Source of the DNA: Chrysomallon squamiferum
Taxonomy: Eukaryota; Animalia; Mollusca
Length of the DNA stretch: 64,000 nucleotides
Direction: 5' to 3'
NCBI GenBank assembly: GCA_012295275.1
Contig: CM022665.1
Span: forward strand, 620,001 to 684,000
Made by a program: the position numbers and the translations under genes. Below, piece by piece: positions 54,211-64,000 of this stretch (its first letter is position 1; each line of letters starts with the position of its first letter). The notes below the pieces were generated by a model. It made no database searches. It had not been told where the DNA came from and was given only the letters and a program-made list of their open reading frames with translations.

Positions 54211-54400
54211 GTTATTGTTAATTTCAGATAAAAAGAAAATCCGCCATTGACAAAAGAGCTAAATGGGCATGAGTTGTTTCCCTTGAACATCCAAACACTG
54301 ACACTCCTCACTTAACGACCTACCTGTTAACGACTAGCCGGATTTACGCAGACCTATCAGACCAGTCCGACAGAACAAGAGAATTTTGGTCGTGGAAACG
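54211..54400 (-). promoter_or_regulatory. CDK8 proximal promoter / 5' leader with YY1-like site
   Basis: CpG-retaining segment immediately upstream of the ATG. CCGCCATT at 54241-54248 matches the YY1 core, and GAGTTGTTTCCCTTG lies at 54271-54285. Confidence 0.5.
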
Positions 54401-55479
54401 GCAGCGAGACGTTTGAGCGTCAAACGTTTCATTTTGTATTACCATTTGCTTCACGCAGTCAATACATTAGCGTTCGCAATCTCGAAGATTGTCGTCTATA
54501 AATTTATTGTGAACCCCATAGATCAAGGATGTTCCTTGATTGCATTTTTAGGTTCTGTAATATCTAAAGGTTATGCATTATGTAAATTAAAACCAAATTA
54601 TCAGTGTGCAAAGGTGACATTAAAACAACGTCTAAGGATTATTTAGTACAATGAGCTCGAAATACCGGTAAGGAGTGGATCAAGTTACAATGGTGGGGAA
54701 TAATGAACCAAAATTTATTTTCTTTCAACAGAGTACGATACATAACTAAAATTATAATAAAAACCTATTATTTAAATTCATCTAATGTAGGTATTAAATG
54801 TTAGTAGTACACGTAGTAAAAACAAAATCAGTGTGGTTTTTAAAAATCATTTTTATTGCTTACTGTTTACAGAAAAATGGTAAAAACAAAGATCAAAAAG
54901 GTTTTAAAATTCATTTTTGTTTCATATTAATTTTAATAATAATAGTAAAGAGTAAAAACAAACAAAATAATTTCGAAAAACTTTTTTATTTTATTAAATT
55001 TTACAGACGTTTTCGTACAGTTAGTATCAAAAACAAAAGTAATTTTCATTGAACAAAACCTAAGACAGAATGGTACAAAATAATTAATTTAAATTTTTTC
55101 TTGTTTCTTCTTATATCTCTTTGTTCGTGTATTGTGTGTCTTTGTGTATATGTATATGAGTATTTACGCTGCGTGTTAATTATTGTTTATTATCTGTATG
55201 TCGCTCTTTACTCGCTCTCTCATTTGTCCATTCATACGTACATTCATTTATTTATTTTATTTTACCTAATATATTTATTAATCACTTCAAAAGGATAGTG
55301 TGTGAGTGTGTGTGTTTGTGTGTATGTGTCATACGTTAATATAAATAATTTTAAATTCCACCATAAACAAAATTTGTCTATGTTCAGTTACAGCTACATC
55401 GAGTAAATCATTTCACTGCAGACAATAAACATTACTGTTCTAATATTTTTAGATAACGTATAAATAACCTATATAGGTT

Positions 55480-55680
55480 TCAAATTTGATATAAAATGTA
55501 TTGTAAACATTATCGAATTGGTAAAGATTGGTAAAAGATTTCTTACATAATAAAATATCTGTAACACGATTATCTTTTGTAAACAAGTGGTAAGTATTAT
55601 CAGATGATACTTTCTGGCGAACCCTTTTTGGGTTTTGATTCCTGCTCATGAGCTACGTTTTGAGTACCAAAATGAAATAA
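55480..55680 (+). repeat. Dispersed repeat copy B (between CDK8 and the LURAP-like gene)
   Basis: Same orientation as copy A, with an extra internal block of about 35 nt (GTAAACAAGTGGTAAGTATTATCAGATGATACTTTC). Confidence 0.85.
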
Positions 55681-56477
55681 TTACACAATTACCCAAATTA
55701 AAATATGCTGGCAAGCCGTAGCAGCAGCATTTGTCACAAACACTGGTTGTCCTTTTAGCCGGTCATACCTATCATTTACAAGGCTCGTTGGTTCGCTTTT
55801 ATTTTCTATCATTACATCGATATGTTGCTGGAAAACACAAAGAAAAGATTGATGAACTGAAAAGTGAGTTCAGTAAGCTGGATATACACTGAAAATAAGG
55901 GTACTTTTGTCTTCACTATGTTTATCATAAAAATGTTTATTTTCTATGACTGATGAGTTTTTCTCCAAGATTCACCAAAAGTTATTCAAAGTTTTTACTT
56001 TGTTTTATGTCTGTCTTCTTCTTTATTTTGTACACCATTCCTTCACGATTTCAAATACTGCTCGCCCAACGTTTTTCATTGTCTTTATTTTATTTATTTT
56101 CATGTTTGTTATCTTTTATTGTTTCTTGTATGTAGTGATGCAAAGATAGAAAGGATTAGCATATGCTGGTTGTACAAAAGAAGAAAGCAAAAAAAAAAGC
56201 AAACCAAAAACACAACAACAAAAATTCGTAAATAAATAAATAAAATAAAATAAAAATAAGTGATGTTGAATTTTATTTAACTGAATATACACCAATAATT
56301 CACACGAAAATGTGTTTAATTAGTTATTGCATCATACTGTTATGCAGATGTCAATATTATAAATAATATGTACGCAGTACATATACAAAATTTAAATCCG
56401 AAGAATTATTTTTAAGACAATGAATTGTTTGCATTTTATTTATTTAATTATTTATTGTTTTTGTTATTTTATTGTTA

Positions 56478-56492
56478 CTATTATTATTATTA

Positions 56493-56538
<46 letters not shown>
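56478..56538. repeat. (TTA)n microsatellite
   Basis: Direct reading. Confidence 0.9.
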
Positions 56539-56933
56539 TTGTTTTAAGAAAAAAAATTAATCTACCTGAAAAACAATAAAGCAAGTCTATTTGATTTATT
56601 GCTTAGATATTATGTTACATATATTTTAATTCCTGTTTCTTTAGTGTATTATTTTTATTATTATTATTTTACTTTATTTTACTTTATTTTATTAATATTA
56701 ATATTATTATTATCATTATTATTATCATTATCATCATCATCATTATTATTATTATTATTATTATTGTATTTGGTTTAGTAAATGAATAAATGAATATTTG
56801 GTTTATTTTTATTTCTAATACTCTGAACTAATCTATGAATATTGCATCATTTTCACCATAATTGTAGAATGAATTTTATAAATGAGTAATGCATATACAA
56901 GTAAAAGCTAAACAGTAATTTTATTAACGTTAT

Positions 56934-56971
<38 letters not shown>

Positions 56972-57180
56972 GGAAGATTCAAATATATATTTTTTTTAAA
57001 TCGGATGCATATGTGTGTTAAGAAGGCGCGTTCTCGCCTCTCATTAAAGACCATTATCAGTTTAATTATAAAGTTCAACTGCAAATTGTTGGTTTATAAA
57101 TACATAGTAAGATTATTATACAGCATCTTCTCTAATTTTAAAGATACAAAACGAAATTTTTTCGGTGAATGGCCAGTGTG

Positions 57181-57765
57181 CTATCTTTCAATTTCAGCCT
57201 GAACCAAAGATGTCACTTCTTCTTCAAAAACGGAATCCATTGAATCTGTTGACGTTTCCTGCGTTTTACTCCACTTCCACATCTTTATGTTTCGTTCTAA
57301 GACTTCGTCATAATAGGAGTCGTTTCCTTTTAATTCATTTGACGACAAATACGCTGGGAGCAAAATGGAAAATGATTTCGGTCTTAAACGAAATAGGAGA
57401 CGTCGAAAAGAAGAAGTATTTTCATCCCCCCTTTCACCCCCAGAGCTGACGCCATCCAAAGAACCAAGTGTATCTAAAAATGGAAAAAAGATTTCATTAC
57501 AGTTAAAATCACATCCGGAACACACACACTCAAACACACGTATAAAAACCCACAATAAAGCTATATTAGTCAACGGAAGTTATGTGAATATGTATTAAAG
57601 AGAAAGTAAAGGGTTTTAAACAATTGTGTACAATTTTGTTATTGTTATACAACAACAACAACAACACAAATTTAATGACTACAATAAACAAATAAAGAAA
57701 TAAATAAATAACGAAATAAAGAAATAAAGAAAAGAAAAATACGCTTGACACGTAAAAGTCTTTAT

Positions 57766-57805
<40 letters not shown>

Positions 57806-58731
57806 TATTTACCTTGACTAGATGTAGAACTAGACTTGGGACTAGAACTCTGACATTCTAACAGAAACTGCGGTTCACTTTGTTGTCTAATTATCTGTGG
57901 TGTTCTCTTTGGTAGCGTGGCGCAACCACTCGCTTGCTGAAAATACTGAAGAGATTCCACAGGCTTCAGTTCTTGGGCGAAGCTTATTCTTTTGATTTTT
58001 TCGTTTATCTGAATTAGCTGCTTCAACAAACATACATCTTGTTCTCTCATGGCAGTCTGCAAGGGCAACAGTACGAAAATGAAATGTAAAAACAAAAAGA
58101 AAGAAGAAGAAGAAAAAGAAGACACCACAAACATAACTTATTTAGCTCTTTTAGACCGTGTTTTCTTTTTTCTTTCTCATAATAATTAATCACATAATAT
58201 AACAATGCTCTAGAGATCCTCATTTTGTTTATTTGTTTAACAGTTTACTTTTATTTCACATTTTACACACACCAAAAATAATATTTATAACTGCCTTATC
58301 TCCTGACTGTTGATAAAGGTATCTAAGTAAAAATCATTAAATCACATCGAAATTAAAGGCCTTTAATTCTTTGCTGTCTTTCAGCAATATTAGCTGTTAG
58401 TTTCCTGCTGGGATCTTTTTACAACATATTTACGTAAGTGGAAATTTTCTCATTTACCGCAATATGTTTAATTCAGTATTATGTTTTACCGGTTTTAAAT
58501 AAAATTATAAAGGATGAGCTTAATCTACATTTTCTTCAGTGTGAATATCTTGCAAGCTTCACGTTTCAGGAAACATGCCTCAGGGGAGATTAGTTACACG
58601 AAGAGAATTTACAGCGCTGGTCTTTTGTGTGGAGCTAATTATTTTAATACGTATTTAACATAATGTAAACTTTTGTTGTGTCACATCTACAATGATTATA
58701 CAAGAAAAAACAGAACAACAACAACAATTAC

Positions 58732-58808
<77 letters not shown>

Positions 58809-59140
58809 ACACACACACATATATATATATATAAATGGAAAAAATAATTTGAAAGAAAATGTAATATCGTGTCTTTATCAGACGACAGTATGAACGACGC
58901 GTGTTTTTTAAATTAACTGCTCTGAAGATGAACCTCGTCATAATGAATGGTCGCACACAGATGTATCTGTTTGCCAGTCTCACGTAAGTGTGAAACCCGA
59001 ATGAAAAATATATTATAATAGTTGTTTTTTTTATTATTATTTTCTCTTTTCTTTACGTTTAATGTGAATATTCCCTACTCAATCAATTTATTCACTTTAA
59101 TTATATCTGTTTGTTTTCAAATATACCCTTAGCTGATCAG

Positions 59141-59195
<55 letters not shown>

Positions 59196-60428
59196 TAATA
59201 ATAAAAGTTTATGTCTTCAAAGTTATTGTACTTAATATCATCATATGTAAATTTATCTGAGACATCTTGAAAAAAATACTTTGACACATTTTCAAATATA
59301 TTTTTCTTTCTTGTTTATCTAAGCTGTAACTGCCTGTCGAAATAAATACATTGTAAACATATGGAAATTACTTGATATACGTACAAAGTACATGTAATTA
59401 ATGTAAACAGAACTTTCAACGAGAATGTTAATGCAATTTTCATTTGTAGCGCGCTTTCAAAACGGGGGTAATAAAACTGCTACTAATAACAATAACAATA
59501 AAAGAAGTTTATCGAAAATGAGTACAAATAAAGAAAAGTTAAATAACGTTAGGATTTATCATGTAATTGTTTAAGCTAGATTAATTTTAATTTTTTAAAG
59601 CAAAGTGCCAGTGGTCGTACTACCTCTCCACAATACTACATTTAGGTCAACAAATAATTAGCATGTTTAACTTGCTCTTATGAAAGCTCTCGTGTAAGTC
59701 CTCCGAGAAATTTGTGCTGGTATATACTTTGAAAAATAATAACAGAACTACTTTGTTTATTTACTTACTGATAGGGGTAAACAAGCAAAAGTGGTTAAAT
59801 CTTGTAATTAGTAAATACAGTTTATCATGGACACAACATTTGGTTTTCCACATGGTATAACTATAAAGCTTTCGATACTGTAATACATTTGTGAAATGTT
59901 AACAACAACATATGCATTAACAATAAATAAAATCTGATATTTCGCTCTATTTACCTGTCCAATAATACATCAAAGTGATATTACAATGACGTCAGTAGAC
60001 GTATTAAGTGAACCATATAAATTTGCGATGTATTTCCTTGTTGGATTACATTTTTGAGATGATTAATAATAATAATAATAATAAAAAATAAAAAATAAAA
60101 GATAAAAAGGATAAGCAGATCTTATGACAAGCGCAGTTAAATCAAATATAAAATAATAATAATAAAAAAAATACAAAAATAATATACGGCTAAAAATGTA
60201 ATGAAATCATAAATGTGCTTTAATATCTACTTTTATATATTTATAATTATTATTATTATTATTATTATGTCGCAGTACTTTAATTTCCATATTTTACCTA
60301 TTTAAATAATAATAATAATAATAATAAATTAAAAAAAAAAAAATTCTCCCAGATTTGTATTTCTAAGAAATGGGAGTATGCATAATTATTCCTAAAGTAG
60401 AGTGGGGAAACAATTCAAGGAAAAAAAA

Positions 60429-60461
<33 letters not shown>

Positions 60462-61012
60462 AAGAAAAAAGAAAAAGGAAAAGGAAGAAAACGAATGCAT
60501 GGCAACAAAAAGCTAATAATGAATGAGTAGGAGGAAAGCAATTTAAAATAGTGCTCAGACTGGTGGTTAACTACAACAACAACAATTATAATAATAATGA
60601 CATATATATATATATATATATAATATCAGACCTTAAAAGAAAGAACTTAACACCAAAATAAATTAATATACACTACAAAGTACATAACCGTCATTAGTGA
60701 TCATGTTAAACTAATTATTGAAATGTGTAGAGAATAAAAACACCATACACGAACAAATAATTATGGAGTTTTTTGGCACTGATCCATTAGGTCAAAGTAT
60801 TCTGCAATAACCACGGCGTTGTTGTGAAATACTTTGTGATATTCGTTGTGTAACACGATCTGAACATTGATGCTGTGTAAAGACATAAAAAGAAATGTCT
60901 CGCTGTTCTTTATATAATTATCAACAGCAGTTAATTTGCTAATGTTGTAATAAAATACATAAAGAAACGTTCCCAACATGATCCCTCTCCACCAAGAAAA
61001 AAATAATTTGAA

Positions 61013-61067
<55 letters not shown>

Positions 61068-62593
61068 AGTAAAATAAATGATGTTATAATTATCACAGGC
61101 GTGTTTTTTTATAACACACGGATGATAAGAAAAAAGTTTGTTGTCAGAATGCTTAATATTCTATGCAGTTTCTTAGTTTAAAGTTTTAAAACAATCAAGA
61201 TAAAGAGGATAAAATAAGAAAGAAAACACATCTAAAATTGCAAAGTTATCGACAGTTTGTCTTAATACGATGGATGCTGTGTAAATACTGAAAAGCTTTC
61301 TTGCTTGTTGGTGGACAAACGATATGACAAAAAAATAATACTGACAGTTAAACAAAAAAACAACCTAAAACCCCCCAAAAAAAACAAACAGTAACAACAA
61401 ATTATATATATATATATATATTCTTAAAATGATACTGAAGTGTCGTTAATAAAAACTAAATTATTATTTTATTTCATTCACAGCCGAAATTTTATGTTTT
61501 GTTACAAGTTATGCGTAATGACAGAGAGTGATAACCCAAACCTTATTTCTTATCACACCTGGCTTTTTAAATTAACATTTCACGTGTCTGATATTCTATA
61601 TGTTTACCATAACTTAACGTCTGCCAAGAAAATGTTTGCTATTCTAATTAGCATCAGTAATATACATCGATGGACTTCTTATCCTTATCTCTTCATAACA
61701 CCTGCGATGAGAGATACAAACTTAACTTTAATAGTCGTTTTCTTCGAGATACATAATACCTAAATGAAAGTAATGTAATCTATGATAAACGAGTTTTATA
61801 TACAGCTATAGAATTACTATGCCTCATATTAAGAGCTGAAATCGTATTATATCAAACAAATACTGTGCTAAAGCATTGATATTAAGTAAATTACGTAGTT
61901 TGACACATATCTCTGCTGTCTAAATACAAAATGACTGCGACAGCATTCAAACTTGTACGTCATCGTAGTAGCAGCAGCAGTAACAGTAGTAATAGTATTA
62001 ATAACAGTAGTTCTAGTAGGAAATAGTAATAGTAGTAGTTGTTGTATTACTAGAAGCAATAGTAATATATGTAGTATCGTAACATCACTATTGTAATGTA
62101 CCCTTGATGTATTAATAGATGTATAAATAGAGAGTGATGTATCAGATAGTATTTATTAATAACTGCAGTACCAGAAGCGATAGTAATAGTAGTGGTACTA
62201 GTTGCACTTGGTAACAATAGTCCTAATAGCACTAGTAGTAAGTATTACTTCTAGCCGTTGTAAAACTAGTAGTGCTAATAACTAAATACAAGCGATGAGT
62301 TATTTCTTTAGGCGTGTGTGTGTGGTTGTGTCACAGACATCACAGGACATATCAGTGTGTGATGGGTTGAGAGAAATGTTTGAGAGAGAAAAAAACATTT
62401 AAAAAAGAAAATCTTTCTTTATGTAATGTTTTCTATAATGTTGAAAATCACTACAAACACAAGGGTATTGTTTCAACGAATTGTTAGTTTCAATACTCAC
62501 CAGTTCTTGTTTGAGAGTTTCAAGTGAGGCACCGATTCTTTCTACCGCTGCTACGTATTCTGAACATACTATGTGCACACTAGACAACGACAT
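57181..62593 (-). CDS. LURAP1/FAM89-like (LURAP-domain) coiled-coil adaptor protein, 3 exons, 209 aa
   Basis: Exons 62593-62501 (MSLSSVHIVCSEYVAAVERIGASLETLKQEL, donor GTGAGT), 58056-57813 (TAMREQDVCLLKQLIQINEKIKRI..., donor GTAAAT) and 57473-57181 (DTLGSLDG...SYYDEVLERNIKMWKWSK...EIER*). 630 nt, in frame. The spliced junction L.TLKQEL/TAMREQDVCLLKQLIQINEKI matches the LURAP pattern (L..LR.EM..LR..DV.LL.QL..INESI). An in-frame TGA lies upstream of the ATG. Family assignment is by motif recall. Confidence 0.8.
58734..58832. repeat. (AAT)n(AC)n(AT)n compound microsatellite
   Basis: Direct reading. Confidence 0.9.
59141..59204. repeat. (ATA)n microsatellite
   Basis: Direct reading. Confidence 0.9.
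61011..61068. repeat. (AAAT)n microsatellite
   Basis: Direct reading. Confidence 0.9.
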
Positions 62594-62779
62594 TACGTAT
62601 TTAATTTCTTCTCTTTTGTTTTTATGTTTTTGTAAGCAACAAAAATCACTTGGTCAGAGTCACGAATCCATTTCATCTGGATCTAATGAATCAAATTTTT
62701 GTCATGATTCACAATGTACTTACTCACATATATCTCAGACCACCCGGTTAGTTCAACGAATGATGTTAACGTGTTTATT

Positions 62780-62820
62780 TCTCTCTGAGGTGAACCTGTA
62801 TTTTCAGATATATACGTACT
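62780..62820 (-). promoter_or_regulatory. Candidate TATA/Inr core promoter of the LURAP-like gene
   Basis: Minus strand reads GTATATATCTGAAAATACAGGTTCACCTCAGAG: a TATA-like element about 25 nt before an Inr-like TCAGA, about 200 nt upstream of the ATG. Confidence 0.3.
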
Positions 62821-64000
62821 ACTTTGTGACAAGCAGTACGAACACTTTTATACGTGTGCACACATTAGCGATGCATTAAGAACAGATACCGGGCGCTTTT
62901 TGTCGCTGCTATTCATTAAGTACTCAACAACACTCAGTGATTCACAGAGCCCGGCGAAAACAAATAAGCTCTTTCCGTAATATGACAGTTGACCCAGAAT
63001 TCAAGTCCTCAATTTTACCCACGGAGGTGTTTGTTGTTCTGATATTTGTTGTGTGACACATGAAGTGAACACAGATGCTGTGTCAAGTTGTAGAAAGAAA
63101 CGTCTCATTTCTCAATACTCTTTACATACTTTTAGAAAAAGGATAAAGAAAAAAAGAAGAAAAAAAAAAAAAAAAAAAAAAGCGTGCAGTATAAATAAGC
63201 TATAATAATTATAGGTGTGTCCTTAATAAAATCACAGTGACACGAACAGTAACGTTTGCAGTAAATACGTTTGGCTAAAGCACATTTAAGTTAATGCAAT
63301 AGTTATAACCTGAGAGATAAAAGAAGAGAAATAATAAAAAAGTAGTTAAACACTGAGGGTGAAAAAGAGAGAGCAAACGGACCGATGGATTTTAAAGAAA
63401 AGAAAAAAGAACATTTTTTAAAGAAATTAAAGTTCATATTATAAGCTTTTCATTACAAATAAATTAAGCATCATTATATGAAGATATATGGGTTTGGTTA
63501 TAGGTCAGACTACAAAGATTAAATTTTCTGAAAGAGAATATACAGAAGATTGGTGTGAATAAAATAAGATATATGTTAAGTAAACAAAGATTACTGTTAG
63601 CACGATCAGTTCTAATAATATTTATTGTTACTGTACGATTAATCTGACAGAAAGAAAATGCGAGATCACAAAGGCCGTTAACGATCTTCTAACCAATAGA
63701 AAATAGATACACCCATACACATACTCACACACACACACACAAAAGAATTCCAATTTTACAGAGCTAAATAGATTGTTAACGTTTTAGAATGTATTAAAAA
63801 AAAATATTAATCCCGAAGAATAAACTAATTTGGAAATTCAGTCTATATCTGTCTTTGTTGTATGTCATATTGCATAGGTTGTATCCATTACTGTCGATAT
63901 TATACTTCTTTTTTCTTGATAGCCTTCATACTCCTCTGAAATCTGTCTTTATTTCTCCTATTGTTTTGTTTTTATTTGTTATGTTGAGCTTTGTTTGAAT

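Noticed and set aside
57165-57598. Plus-strand ORFs 57165-57449 and 57365-57598 (also 62481-62879)
   Set aside because: Antisense to exons of the LURAP-like gene, with no independent support.
61960-62280. Degenerate (GTA/GCA/ATA)n tract giving T/A/L-rich ORFs
   Set aside because: Decayed trinucleotide microsatellite in intron 1 of the LURAP-like gene.

Overview
AT-rich, microsatellite-dense animal genomic DNA with spliceosomal GT-AG introns. It is probably molluscan (gastropod-like repeats), but that is inference. Almost all entries in the supplied ORF track are microsatellite or chance ORFs. By manual splicing I reconstruct three protein-coding genes. (1) UTP11 (+, 8 exons, 30087-38916, 254 aa). 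(2) CDK8/CDK19-type Mediator kinase (-, 13 exons, 54210-40643, 440 aa), convergent with UTP11. (3) A 3-exon LURAP/FAM89-like coiled-coil adaptor (-, 62593-57181, 209 aa). UTP11 intron 1 holds two fused, decayed Ty3/Gypsy remnants, one with the inverted Gmr1-type PR-IN-RT order. CDK8 introns hold a pogo/Tigger-like MITE and other repeat fragments. Bases 1-30000 have no recognisable gene and consist of GC/CpG-richer unique islands (enhancer-like) between microsatellites. The best leads are: a 27-nt frame-preserving CDK8 microexon flanked by two TGCATG (Rbfox) motifs; a uORF overlapping the LURAP-like start as TAATG; a motif shared by both housekeeping promoters; and a sharp CpG-depleted domain over UTP11+CDK8. 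I found no prokaryotic features, CRISPR arrays, tRNA, rRNA or recognisable miRNA, and no clearly new multi-gene system.
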